A stretch of 32,000 nucleotides of DNA from Desulfotalea psychrophila LSv54 (GTDB lineage: Bacteria; Desulfobacterota; Desulfobulbia; Desulfobulbales; Desulfocapsaceae), in the NCBI RefSeq assembly GCF_000025945.1, contig NC_006138.1, forward strand, positions 1,410,001 to 1,442,000, in the 5' to 3' direction. The number at the start of each line of letters is the position of its first letter. Within the stretch, counting starts at the first letter, position 1. Shown here one piece after another: positions 19,161-29,854 of the stretch. A program made the translations under genes and the position numbers. Below the pieces are notes generated by a model that saw only the letters and a list, made by a program, of their open reading frames with translations, did not search any database and was not told the DNA's origin.

Positions 19161-20180
19161 TTATTTGCAGCTGAGCTCATGGACGGCATCAACGGCAATC
19201 CTGGCCTGTTCAGGCGGGGTAAACTGGTGAATTCCATGTCCAAGATTAAAGATATGTCCCTTTACCTCCTTGGCATCCTCGAGGATTGTACCAATGCGCT
19301 TACGGAGTTTATCCTTGGGCAGGAGAAGGGCAAATGGATCAATATTTCCCTGTAGGGCAATGCCTGGAACTCTTTTGCCCGCATCACCGATATTTATCCG
19401 CCAGTCAAGGCCGAGAACACTGGCTCCTGAGCTTGCCGACATTTCAAGCAGGGTCGAACCATTATTGGCGAAATAGATAATGGGCAGGTCAAACTGCTGG
19501 AGGCTGGCGATAATTCTTCGCACGTAGGGCAGGGCAAAGACCTCAAAGTCGCAGGGGGCAAGTACACCTGCCCAACTGTCAAAGATCTGCAGGGCCTGGG
19601 CCCCGGCTCGTGCCTGCGCCTGCAGGTAGAGGATGGTCGCCTGAGTGATTTTTTCCATGATGCCATGGAAAAGCTCCGGCTGGGTGAACATCATCTTCTT
19701 GGTTTCCCAAAATACCTTGGAGGAGCCACCTTCAATGAGGTAGGTGGCACAGGTAAAGGGAGCGCCGGCAAAGCCGATCAGCGGTACCTGTAACTCTCCC
19801 CTGAGAAGACGGATGGTCTCCATTACAAATCCCGTCGCATCATCAGCATCGGGGATGATCAGGGCATCGAGTGCGGTTTGATCTTTGATGGGGTTGGGGA
19901 ATACAGGGCCACAACCCTCGTTGAATTCCAACTTGGCCCCCATGGCCTCCATGAGAATAAGGATGTCTGAAAAGAGGATGGCAGCATCCATGCCAAGGAG
20001 GTCAACGGGTTGCAGGGTCACCTCAACACAGAGCGCAGGGTTCTTGCAAAGCTCTAAAAAGCTCACCTTGCCACGGATTTTTTGATAAGCAGGTAAGTAA
20101 CGACCTGCCTGGCGCATCATCCAGATAGGGGTATAGTCGGTTTTTTCGCCGCGACAGGCCTTTAAAAAAGTATCATTCAT
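19161..20180 (-). CDS. hemE: Uroporphyrinogen decarboxylase
   Basis: TPIWMMRQAGRYLPAYQKIRGKVSFLELCKNP, VPLIGFAGAPFTCATYLIEGG, VLGLDWRINIGDAGKRVPGIALQGNIDP, FNLGHGIHQFTPPE. Confidence 0.97.
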   Translation of the reverse strand: MNDTFLKACRGEKTDYTPIWMMRQAGRYLPAYQKIRGKVSFLELCKNPALCVEVTLQPVDLLGMDAAILFSDILILMEAMGAKLEFNEGCGPVFPNPIKDQTALDALIIPDADDATGFVMETIRLLRGELQVPLIGFAGAPFTCATYLIEGGSSKVFWETKKMMFTQPELFHGIMEKITQATILYLQAQARAGAQALQIFDSWAGVLAPCDFEVFALPYVRRIIASLQQFDLPIIYFANNGSTLLEMSASSGASVLGLDWRINIGDAGKRVPGIALQGNIDPFALLLPKDKLRKRIGTILEDAKEVKGHIFNLGHGIHQFTPPEQARIAVDAVHELSCK

Positions 20181-20211
20181 AGGAACTCGATATCTATAGG
20201 GTTATTATTAT

Positions 20212-21270
20212 TTATCTCATCTTTTTCGGGGTGTAACTGCAGAATGGCTCTTCTGCAAGGTAGTCACCGGTCATAGCATAGGCTCTGGCCCGGCAGCCGC
20301 CGCAGACATTGACGTATTCGCAACAGCCACAGCTTCCCTTGTAGTTTTTGAAATCCCGTAATTCCTTGAACAGTGGGGCATCTTCCCAGATATGTTGGAA
20401 GCTTTCCGTCTTTATGTTGCCAGCAGATTTTGGGAAGTAGCTACAGGGGAGGACTTCGCCATCCACATCAATGAGGCAGATGAGTTGGCCGGCAAGACAA
20501 CCCTTGGAACCTCCCGTTGAAAACTGGAGATTACGGCGGGTAAAGGTTTCTCCCTCTTCCTGGGCCTTTTGTCGAACGATTCGGTAGTAATGGGGGGCAC
20601 AGGTGGGACGCATGAGCAGGGCGTCTTCATTTTTTTCTGTCTGATAATGCCATTCCAGTATCTCGTCGTAGACATCCACAGGGATGAGCTCTTCCATGAT
20701 CTCTTCACCCCGCCCCGTCGGCACAATCATAAACATATACCAGGCAGTTGCTCCCTTCTCCTTTACCAGGCGGTAGATGTCGGGGATTTCGTGCCGGTTG
20801 CGAACGGTGAAGGAGGAGTTTACCAAAAATGGAATATCATATTTTTGAAAGAGTTCGATGGCGTGCATTGTTCCGGTAAAGGCCCCCTTTTGATTGCGGA
20901 AATCATCGTGGGTGGCGGCAGTTGCTCCATCCAGGCTCAGGGAGACCATGCGGATATTTGTCTTCTTTATTTTCAGGCAGACCTCATCTGTCACCAAGGT
21001 ACCGTTGGTGGCAAGGCACATACGCAGGCCCTGGTCCGTGCCATATTGGGCGATATCAAAAATATCTTCACGCAACAGGGGCTCACCACCGGAGAGCACC
21101 AGTACAGGCTTGGCATATGAGGTGATCTTGTCGATGATTTGTTTGGCCTCCTGGAGGCTGAAATCCGGATGGGCCACAACGTCCAGCTCAGATGAACTGC
21201 GACAGTGTACGCATTTAAGGTTGCAGCGTCTTGTTGTTTCCCAGGCTATCCATTTTGGTTCAAAATTCAT
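20212..21270 (-). CDS. Radical SAM / SPASM-type protein, probably of the alternative haem (AhbC/AhbD) or NirJ-like group
   Basis: [15 protein letters not shown] (CxxxCxxC), [14 protein letters not shown]-terminal Cys cluster [31 protein letters not shown]; next to hemE in the same direction. Confidence 0.8.
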   Translation of the reverse strand: MNFEPKWIAWETTRRCNLKCVHCRSSSELDVVAHPDFSLQEAKQIIDKITSYAKPVLVLSGGEPLLREDIFDIAQYGTDQGLRMCLATNGTLVTDEVCLKIKKTNIRMVSLSLDGATAATHDDFRNQKGAFTGTMHAIELFQKYDIPFLVNSSFTVRNRHEIPDIYRLVKEKGATAWYMFMIVPTGRGEEIMEELIPVDVYDEILEWHYQTEKNEDALLMRPTCAPHYYRIVRQKAQEEGETFTRRNLQFSTGGSKGCLAGQLICLIDVDGEVLPCSYFPKSAGNIKTESFQHIWEDAPLFKELRDFKNYKGSCGCCEYVNVCGGCRARAYAMTGDYLAEEPFCSYTPKKMR

Positions 21271-21661
21271 CGTATTATAAGGCTCCTTGCAGGTGGATCT
21301 TGCCGTTTAAGACAAAGTCCAAGTCTTTTTTATTCATAATGTTATGGGCATTGAGATTGTGATTTTGCAATATTCTAACTATATTACCCTTTTGGCCAAT
21401 GCGCAAAGCTAAATTCAATATGCCGGGTCAGTAGTATGTCGTTTTCATAGAAATCAGACTTATCTTTTATAAGTTGCTCTCCCACCTTTTTTTTATGGAA
21501 CTAATAGCGTATATTGCATAATTTGGTGTGGTTTTCAGAAGTATACGGGCGTGAAAAAGAGTGACTGATGAACATTGTTCTGCCGTATACAGTTTGGTGC
21601 GGTTATTCCTCTTTTGGAGGAAGCTTAAATAAAAATTTGGAAGTGAAATAGCGAGGTTTCG

Positions 21662-22966
21662 ATGCTCATAGAACCTAAGATGATAGGTAGTTCTGAGGGC
21701 CAGGCCCTCCTTGAGAGTCTGCTGAACCGTTTTCAGATAGGTGATTCTGGTTGCCAATCTGCGGTCGAAGATATTTTAACTGCTGTAAGGCAGGAGGGTG
21801 ATGCGGCAGTTGTTAAGTACTGTCGCCGCTTTGATTGTCCTGATATGACGGCCTCGGCCCTGGCTGTGACTGCGGCAGAGATAGCTGCGGCCTATGAGCT
21901 TGTCGATGCGGCTTTTCTTGAGACCCTGGCAGCCGCGATTGAGCGTATCCACTCCTTTCATGAGCGGGAGATGGAAGATTCATGGATGCAGACCCGTGAG
22001 GATGGGACCATTGTTGGTCGCCTTGTCCGTCCCGTTGATTCGGCTGGGCTCTATGTGCCGGGCGGTACGGGCGGGTCAACCCCGTTGGTCTCTTCGGTGT
22101 TGATGAATGGTATTCCGGCGGGTATTGCCGGGGTGACTACTCGGGTTATGGTGACTCCGCCTGGTAAGGATGGTAAGATCAGCCCCCATCTTCTCGTTGC
22201 TGCAACAGAAATAGGTATTACTGAGATCTATAAGGCAGGTTCTGCCTGGGGCATTGCCGCCCTTGCCTATGGCACGGCCACCATTCCCAGGGTAGATGTT
22301 ATTGTCGGCCCGGGTAATCAGTTTGTCACCGAGGCCAAGCGATTGGTTTCCGGCATGGTGCGTATCGATATGATTGCCGGACCATCCGAGGTACTTATCG
22401 TGGCCGATGAAACGGCAGACCCTGTCTATATAGCAGCGGATATGCTTGCTCAGGCAGAGCATGATCCTCAGGCCCTCTCCATTCTTCTTACAACGGATAG
22501 GCAGGTGGCAGAGGCCGTTCCGGCTGAGATAGAGCGTCAGCTCAAAACCCTCTCTCGGGCTGAGATTGCCGAGAAATCCATCGTTGATCGTGCTGTTATT
22601 TTGGTGGTGGCGGATATCGAAGAGGCCATTGGTTTGGCTAACGATATTGCCATTGAGCATCTTGAATTGATGATTGTCGATCCCTGGGCGCAGGTGCCGC
22701 ATATTCGCCATGCAGGGGCCATCTTTTTGGGCAGTCATACCCCCGAGGCGGCAGGTGATTATTTTGCCGGGCCAAATCATGTGCTTCCCACCATGGGGAC
22801 GGCTCGTTTTGCCTCTGCCCTTGGGGTGGAAACTTTTTTGAAGAAGAGTTCTATTATTAGTTATTCCCAGACAGCCCTGCAAAATGATGCCGAGCATATT
22901 CAACGTCTGGCAAACCTGGAAGGTCTTACCGCCCACGCAAATTCCGTGGCCGTACGAGTGAAATAA
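21662..22966 (+). CDS. hisD: Histidinol dehydrogenase
   Basis: DSAGLYVPGGTGGSTPLVSSVLMNGIPAGIAGV, IYKAGSAWGIAALAYGTATIPRVDVIVGPGNQFVTEAKR, IDMIAGPSEVLIVAD, NHVLPTMGTARFASALGV. Confidence 0.97.
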   Translation: MLIEPKMIGSSEGQALLESLLNRFQIGDSGCQSAVEDILTAVRQEGDAAVVKYCRRFDCPDMTASALAVTAAEIAAAYELVDAAFLETLAAAIERIHSFHEREMEDSWMQTREDGTIVGRLVRPVDSAGLYVPGGTGGSTPLVSSVLMNGIPAGIAGVTTRVMVTPPGKDGKISPHLLVAATEIGITEIYKAGSAWGIAALAYGTATIPRVDVIVGPGNQFVTEAKRLVSGMVRIDMIAGPSEVLIVADETADPVYIAADMLAQAEHDPQALSILLTTDRQVAEAVPAEIERQLKTLSRAEIAEKSIVDRAVILVVADIEEAIGLANDIAIEHLELMIVDPWAQVPHIRHAGAIFLGSHTPEAAGDYFAGPNHVLPTMGTARFASALGVETFLKKSSIISYSQTALQNDAEHIQRLANLEGLTAHANSVAVRVK

Positions 22967-22967
22967 T

Positions 22968-23621
22968 ATGAGTTTTGATTTTTATAATGAGCTTTCCCGT
23001 GGTTGTCAGGCCATGGGCATAGAGCTTGATCGACCAGGGCAGGAGAGGCTCTACACCTATTTTGTTGAGCTGAAGAAGTGGAGTCAAAAGGTAAATCTCA
23101 TTGCCAAGGGCACAGGCGAGGCCGAGATTGTCGAGAATCATTTTTTAGATTCCTTGGCCCTTCTGCCCCTCCTGCCCGAGGGTGCCGGTCTGCTCGATAT
23201 TGGTACCGGTGCTGGCCTGCCGGGCCTTATCTGTAAGGCGGCCCGTCCCGATCTCCGCCTGTTTCTGGTGGAGCCCCGAGCCAAGCGGGTGAGCTTTTTG
23301 CGGCATATAGTCCGTACCCTGCAACTTGAGGGGGTGGAGATCTATTGTAGTCGGATTGAGGATGAACCAGAGCTGTTTGCGTCGGAGGATATTAGTTATA
23401 TCACCAGCCGGGCTGTTTCTGATATCAGTGGATTTCTGGCTATGACGGAGGGTTTTAAGTCTCCCCATATTCGTCGTCTCTGTTTGAAGGGTCCGCGCTG
23501 GCAGGAGGAACTTGCCGAGGCAGATGAGGTGCTTGCGGCGGGTAATTATCAGCGAGAAAAGGTGGTGGAGTATCTTCTCCCCTTTTCCGGCGCCGAACGC
23601 GCAATTGTGGTACTGCGATAG
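22968..23621 (+). CDS. rsmG: 16S rRNA (guanine-N7) methyltransferase RsmG/GidB
   Basis: KKWSQKVNLIAKGTGEAEIVENHFLDSLALLPLLPEGAGLLDIGTGAGLPGL, VEPRAKRVSFLRH, YITSRAVSDISGFLAM. Confidence 0.92.
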   Translation: MSFDFYNELSRGCQAMGIELDRPGQERLYTYFVELKKWSQKVNLIAKGTGEAEIVENHFLDSLALLPLLPEGAGLLDIGTGAGLPGLICKAARPDLRLFLVEPRAKRVSFLRHIVRTLQLEGVEIYCSRIEDEPELFASEDISYITSRAVSDISGFLAMTEGFKSPHIRRLCLKGPRWQEELAEADEVLAAGNYQREKVVEYLLPFSGAERAIVVLR

Positions 23622-23701
23622 CCCACCGCTGTTTTAGCCGGTTGAGGTTTTATGTGGTTGTCCCTCTTGGGGTGATCACCTGTAAAGAAGACAAAGAATA
23701 A

Positions 23702-24784
<1,083 letters not shown>

Positions 24785-24884
24785 GACTTTCTGCAAAATT
24801 TTATGCAGGCCTTGCAGCCGGGGTTGCTCTTTATTGAAAAGCCCCATTTTTTAAGCGACCCAGATAATTGTTTTTTGTAGGATG

Positions 24885-24913
24885 AACCCACCATTTTTAT
24901 GGTGGGTTTTTTT
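24885..24913 (+). terminator. Intrinsic terminator after leuB
   Basis: Perfect stem AACCCACCAT / ATGGTGGGTT with TTTT loop, then T-tract. Confidence 0.9.
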
Positions 24914-25026
24914 ATGCCTAGCGGATTTTATTCATTATTTTTGCCGAGAAACATATTTGGACAGATGATCATATACTTGCTAAGGTTAAATAAATTAATA
25001 GACCTTGTCCGGATCTATTATTTCTG

Positions 25027-27723
25027 TTGAAGAAATGTGTTTTAGATTCTTTACTTAAAAAAAAAACCCCTCTTTTTATGAAAAAAGAAAGCATTGAAAA
25101 ACATCTACAGTGTTCTGTCCTCTTTCAAGATCTTTCTCCAGAGGAGATAGGTCGGTGCAGTGAGATGGCGATGGTGGAAATTGTGCCGATGGGGGAGTAT
25201 GTCTATCGACAGGGAGGGCAGACTGATCTGCTCTATCTTGTGGCAGTTGGTGAGGCAGAGCTTGTCTTTGAGTTTGATACCAGTAGTGTCAGCGCCGTTG
25301 GTCGGGTTGGACCTGGTGGCCATTTTGGTGAGACGGCCCTTCTTACCGGAAAACCTCATGCCGTGGCCGTTCGAGCCCTCTTTGATCTTGTCCTTCTCAT
25401 TTTTAAAGGCTCGTTTTTTAAGGATTTGCTTGAAAGAAATCAGTGTGTGCGCAGACGGGTAGACCTTTTTTTGGCAGAACGGTTGCGGGTGGCCTTTGCC
25501 GATCAGGCAGATATGTCACGAAAACAGATTGGCAGGCAGGATATTACCTTCGCCAGTGAGATGGTTTTGTTCAGGCAGAGAGGGACTGCCAATATTGATT
25601 TAGAGAAGGCCAGCGATCTTAACTCCGGCAAGAATGAGTATGTTGCCAGAACCAGTCGTCGAACCCATGCGGAAATAGATAGAATTGCCAGTAATCAGGA
25701 GCCGTTTTTTTTAAATGGGGAGGAGGGGACGGGCAGGACAATCATTGCCAAACAGATCCATCTGCAGTCGATTTGTGCCGATGCTCCCTATCGAGAGATT
25801 GATCTACGTGAATACCCCTCGGCGCTTCTTTTAGAAAAAAAGCTCTTTGGAGCAGCTCAGGATACCTATCCTTTTTTTCAAACTCAACAGGCCGGTTTCT
25901 TTGAGAAGACCTGTGGGGGCACCCTGGTTTTTTGTCATGTGGAGTTGCTTCCCATAAGTCTTCAGGAAAAGCTTCTTAAGGTGATTGCCAGCAGCGTCTT
26001 TACCCATCTTGATTCAAAGCAGCAGATAGCCATGCAGTCACGACTTGTCTTTATCAGTGACTTCAGCCTTACCTATTTACGGAATTCTGGCAAAATTATT
26101 CCAGAGTTTCTTGCCATTTTAGAAAGGCAAAAATTTACCGTTCCCGCCGTTCGTGAGCATAAAAAAGATTTACCCCAGCTGATAGACCACTATTTGAAGC
26201 GTTTTAGCAGGGAGTATGGCAAGGAGGTCACAGCTGTCAGCCCTGAGACCCTTGGGGTCTTGATGAACTATGATTGGCCGGGTAACCTCACTGAGCTGTC
26301 AACGGTAATACGACGGGCGGTGATGTTGGCTGCAACGGCCGAGGTTCATGCCGAGGAAATTTTACTGGGTCTGCCCAAGTCAGAGGGTAAGTGGGAGTTC
26401 AATCTTCTTCGTTTTCCCTGGGTGCGTAGCTTTATAACAAGCAAGAGGTTTCCCCAGGTACCACAGATAGTTATTGGTGGCGTTTTGCTTCTGGCTGTCT
26501 TTGTCCTCTTTTTTGGTCCACGCTCGGCCGAGGCCAATCTTGGACTGACTATTAGCTGGTCTATTGGCTGGCCTCTGATGTTCTTCTCCTTTTTCTTTCT
26601 GGCCAGAATCTGGTGCAGTGTTTGTTCCCTTGCCATGCCAGGTATGCTTTTGCAGAATATATTTCCCTCCAAGAGAAAGACACCGGCTTTTATCAAGAAA
26701 AACTCCGGTTGGCTTATGGCCATACTCTGTGTTCTGGTTTTTTGGGTGGAAATAGTCTGGGATGCCTATGAAAACCCCCTGCTTACTGGCATGATTATTC
26801 TTACTATCACCTTTGGTTCCATTATTTTTAGCCTTCTCTATTCAAGAAGGACATGGTGTCGCTATCTCTGTCCCTTAGGTGCGGTTAATGCCATCTTTGC
26901 CATGCCCTCTATTTTGGAACTGCGCTCAAATAAAGATGTCTGCCTGAATAAGTGTCAGGATCATGCCTGTTATGCAGGGGGAGAAGAGAGTGATGGCTGC
27001 CCCATGTTTCGTCATCCTTATCTTGTTGATAATAATAGAGATTGTATCATCTGTGGGGAGTGTGTAAAAAATTGTAATAATAGTGCCGTACAACTCAATT
27101 TGCGGATTGCCCCTCAGGAGCTCTGGAGTCTGCAGACGCCTCGTCTTGCCGATAGTTTTCTTATAGTTGCCCTCGGTGCCATCTTTTTTCCCTTTGCTCT
27201 GCACACTGATTTTGTGACAAAGGCCCGGGCTGTTCTCGGGCAGCTGGAGTTTTTTTGGGGAGTGAATATTCCCTATGGCCTTGGTGCGACCCTTATTTTT
27301 TTTCTTTTGATCCTCTTCGCCTTTAGTCTCTACTATGGAATGGCTACTGCTCAGGCAAGGTTTGCCGGGGGGGGGAGAGAGAAGATTGCTGCCCTGTTAG
27401 GTTACGGTTTTATCCCTGTCGTTTTAGGCGCTTATCTTGCTATTCATCTTGAAATATTTGTCGTCGGTGCAGGCAGGCTTATCCCTCAGCTAGAGGCCAT
27501 GATGGGTTGGGCTGTATCCTATGAAAACTGGCAGCTCATGAACGATGACAGTACCTTGGTATTACAGGTCATATCAATATTTGGTGGTCTCTTTGCCTCC
27601 ATGTACGCCATCTATCGTATTATTGAAAGATTACTGGAGCCCATCTCCATCAGCTCTCGTGCCCTTGTTCTGCCCTACTCTTTTTTGCTTCTCCTTACAA
27701 TTAGTTATCTCTCTATGCTTTAA
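25027..27723 (+). CDS. Multidomain protein: N-terminal cyclic-nucleotide-binding-like domain, degenerate sigma54-activator-like AAA+ domain, C-terminal NosR/NapH-like membrane polyferredoxin. TTG start at 25027; an ATG is available at 25078
   Basis: GEYVYRQGGQTDLLYLVAVGEAELVFEF...VGPGGHFGETALLTGKPHAVAVRAL (cNMP-binding fold); NGEEGTGRTIIAKQIH...MNYDWPGNLTELSTVIRRAVMLA (AAA+); FLARIWCSVCSLAMPG, WCRYLCPLGAVNAIF, CLNKCQDHACYAGG, CIICGECVKNCNNSAVQ with flanking TM segments. Confidence 0.85.
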   Translation: MKKCVLDSLLKKKTPLFMKKESIEKHLQCSVLFQDLSPEEIGRCSEMAMVEIVPMGEYVYRQGGQTDLLYLVAVGEAELVFEFDTSSVSAVGRVGPGGHFGETALLTGKPHAVAVRALFDLVLLIFKGSFFKDLLERNQCVRRRVDLFLAERLRVAFADQADMSRKQIGRQDITFASEMVLFRQRGTANIDLEKASDLNSGKNEYVARTSRRTHAEIDRIASNQEPFFLNGEEGTGRTIIAKQIHLQSICADAPYREIDLREYPSALLLEKKLFGAAQDTYPFFQTQQAGFFEKTCGGTLVFCHVELLPISLQEKLLKVIASSVFTHLDSKQQIAMQSRLVFISDFSLTYLRNSGKIIPEFLAILERQKFTVPAVREHKKDLPQLIDHYLKRFSREYGKEVTAVSPETLGVLMNYDWPGNLTELSTVIRRAVMLAATAEVHAEEILLGLPKSEGKWEFNLLRFPWVRSFITSKRFPQVPQIVIGGVLLLAVFVLFFGPRSAEANLGLTISWSIGWPLMFFSFFFLARIWCSVCSLAMPGMLLQNIFPSKRKTPAFIKKNSGWLMAILCVLVFWVEIVWDAYENPLLTGMIILTITFGSIIFSLLYSRRTWCRYLCPLGAVNAIFAMPSILELRSNKDVCLNKCQDHACYAGGEESDGCPMFRHPYLVDNNRDCIICGECVKNCNNSAVQLNLRIAPQELWSLQTPRLADSFLIVALGAIFFPFALHTDFVTKARAVLGQLEFFWGVNIPYGLGATLIFFLLILFAFSLYYGMATAQARFAGGGREKIAALLGYGFIPVVLGAYLAIHLEIFVVGAGRLIPQLEAMMGWAVSYENWQLMNDDSTLVLQVISIFGGLFASMYAIYRIIERLLEPISISSRALVLPYSFLLLLTISYLSML

Positions 27724-27980
27724 GGCCTTTCCTCACGTTCAATGTCCTTTTTCAGGGCAGAGTAAAAAGATTTTACAAAAATGAATAGATCATAATAAAC
27801 AAAGAGTTAACTGATATTTCTTGCAGTAAATATTTTTAGGAATAATTTTTTTTGTTTATTACTTCATTTCGGGCGATATATATGATATATCTAATTAATA
27901 TCTTTAATCTTGTCAGGAAAAATCTCTTTTTCACGTAACTAATATATTATAAGTATTATTGCATTAAAAATTGTTGGTAT

Positions 27981-28003
27981 GGCTTAGGCTGTTTTTCTAA
28001 GCC
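27981..28003 (+). promoter_or_regulatory. Small hairpin 47 nt upstream of the third AGCS gene
   Basis: GGCTTAG (27981-27987) / CTAAGCC (27997-28003), perfect 7-bp stem with 9-nt loop. Confidence 0.35.
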
Positions 28004-28050
28004 TTTCTAGGGGCAGACAACCCCTCATCAAACAAGAGAGAGGAGAACGA

Positions 28051-29403
28051 ATGGATTTCATTGCAACGCTAGACGTCTTTATTGGGAAAATCAACGCCTT
28101 TGCTTGGGGACCACCAATGCTCATCTTGCTTGTTGGTACAGGTTGTTGGTTGACCTATAAGCTTCGTGGTTTACAGTTTAGAAAACTTGGTCATGCCCTG
28201 TGGCTTGCCTTTGTAAAACGTAAGGCTGATGATGATGAACCTGGTGATATTTCTCACTTTGCGGCACTGATGACGGCCCTTTCAGCAACGGTGGGTACAG
28301 GTAATATTGCCGGAGTGGCAACAGCAATCGCCATTGGCGGACCAGGAGCCCTCTTCTGGATGTGGATGACTGGTCTTGTCGGTATGGCAACCAAGTATTC
28401 CGAGGCTATCCTGGCTGTAAAGTATCGGGTTAAAGATGAAAAGGGTGAGATGTGTGGTGGCCCGATGTACTATATTGCCCGGGGTCTGAATATGCCCTGG
28501 CTTGGAGTTGTTTTTGCCGTATTTGCCTCAATTGCCGCCTTCGGTATTGGTAATATGGTTCAGTCAAACTCGGTGGCCGATGCCATGGAGTCCACCTTTG
28601 GCATTGAGCCAATGATCACCGGCCTTGTTCTTATGGCATTTACCGCTGCAGTTATCCTCGGTGGTATCAAGTCTATTGGTCGGGTAACCAGTATTATCGT
28701 TCCTGCCATGATTGCCTTCTATACCCTTGGCGCCCTTTATATCATTTTTAGCCATATCAGCATGGTGCCTGCAGCCTTTGTTACCATCGTAAAGTTAGCC
28801 TTTAACCCAACTGCCGCAACCGGTGGCTTTGCCGGTGCAACTATCATGCTTGCCATTCGTATGGGTGTTGCCCGTGGTGTTTTCTCCAATGAATCTGGTT
28901 TGGGCTCGGCTCCTATCGCAGCGGCTGCGGCGAAAACCAAGAGTCCTGCAACCCAGGCACTTATCTCCATGACCCAGACCTTTATTGATACCATCATTGT
29001 CTGTACCATGACGGGCTTGGTTATTGTTATCTCAGGTCTCTGGAAAACTGGTCTCACCGGCGCGGAGTTGACGGCTAAGTCCTTTGAGGCAACTATGCCC
29101 GGTGGTGCCTATGTGGTTACCATTGGTATTATTTTCTTTGCTTACTCCACCATGCTCGGCTGGTGTTACTACGGTGAGAAGTCCATTGAGTATCTCTTTG
29201 GTACCAAGGTCATTTTGCCATATCGTTTGGTCTTCGTCTGTTTTGTTGGTCTTGGGGCGGTGGCAAAGCTCAGCTTTGTCTGGAATCTCTCCGATACTCT
29301 CAATGGTCTGATGGCTATTCCAAACTTAATTGGTCTTCTTCTCCTTACCCCTGTTATTGTCTCTGAAACTAAGAAGTATTTTGGTAAAGACAAGGAGCTG
29401 TAG
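28051..29403 (+). CDS. AGCS-family sodium:alanine/glycine symporter, third and more divergent copy
   Basis: [57 protein letters not shown] and [23 protein letters not shown]; SD-like AGAGAGGAGA upstream. Confidence 0.94.
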   Translation: MDFIATLDVFIGKINAFAWGPPMLILLVGTGCWLTYKLRGLQFRKLGHALWLAFVKRKADDDEPGDISHFAALMTALSATVGTGNIAGVATAIAIGGPGALFWMWMTGLVGMATKYSEAILAVKYRVKDEKGEMCGGPMYYIARGLNMPWLGVVFAVFASIAAFGIGNMVQSNSVADAMESTFGIEPMITGLVLMAFTAAVILGGIKSIGRVTSIIVPAMIAFYTLGALYIIFSHISMVPAAFVTIVKLAFNPTAATGGFAGATIMLAIRMGVARGVFSNESGLGSAPIAAAAAKTKSPATQALISMTQTFIDTIIVCTMTGLVIVISGLWKTGLTGAELTAKSFEATMPGGAYVVTIGIIFFAYSTMLGWCYYGEKSIEYLFGTKVILPYRLVFVCFVGLGAVAKLSFVWNLSDTLNGLMAIPNLIGLLLLTPVIVSETKKYFGKDKEL

Positions 29404-29455
29404 ATCTTTAAAAAAGAGATGCCCTGTAAACTATGATTTGTGGGCAGTAGTAGGT

Positions 29456-29493
29456 AAAGGGCCACAGTTTCTTAAGAGACTGTGGCCCTTTTT
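29456..29493 (+). terminator. Strong intrinsic terminator after the third AGCS gene
   Basis: Stem AAAGGGCCACAGTTTCT / AGAGACTGTGGCCCTTT with one G-U pair, then T residues. Confidence 0.9.
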
Positions 29494-29854
29494 GCTTTTT
29501 TAGAATCTCCTGGATAGGCAGGTAACACCTTTTTCACAAGGGCAATTATTGTCTTCCAGAGTTCGTCTCTCATTTATCTGATAAAAAAGGGCTTCAGCCA
29601 TATCTGCCATTGACTTCAGGATGGGAGAAGTTGTCTGTCGTCGTCCTATGTTCCCACTCTTCTGTTCGCGTCCTGTACAGATGGCGGCTACGGCTGGTTC
29701 AACAAAGAAATGATGGATGGGGGCTTTGTCAGGACATGGATGCATGATAGGATAAAGGGTAAGCCAGTCGTTTTTTTTTTGCCTCATGAGCCAGGGATGG
29801 GGCAATCTCGCTGTTTAATATCTTGATTAATCACTGTTTATAAGGTGGCGATTT

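Noticed and set aside
22076-22936. 286-aa minus-strand ORF antisense to hisD
   Set aside because: hisD motifs cover the region in the sense frame; the antisense product has no recognisable domain
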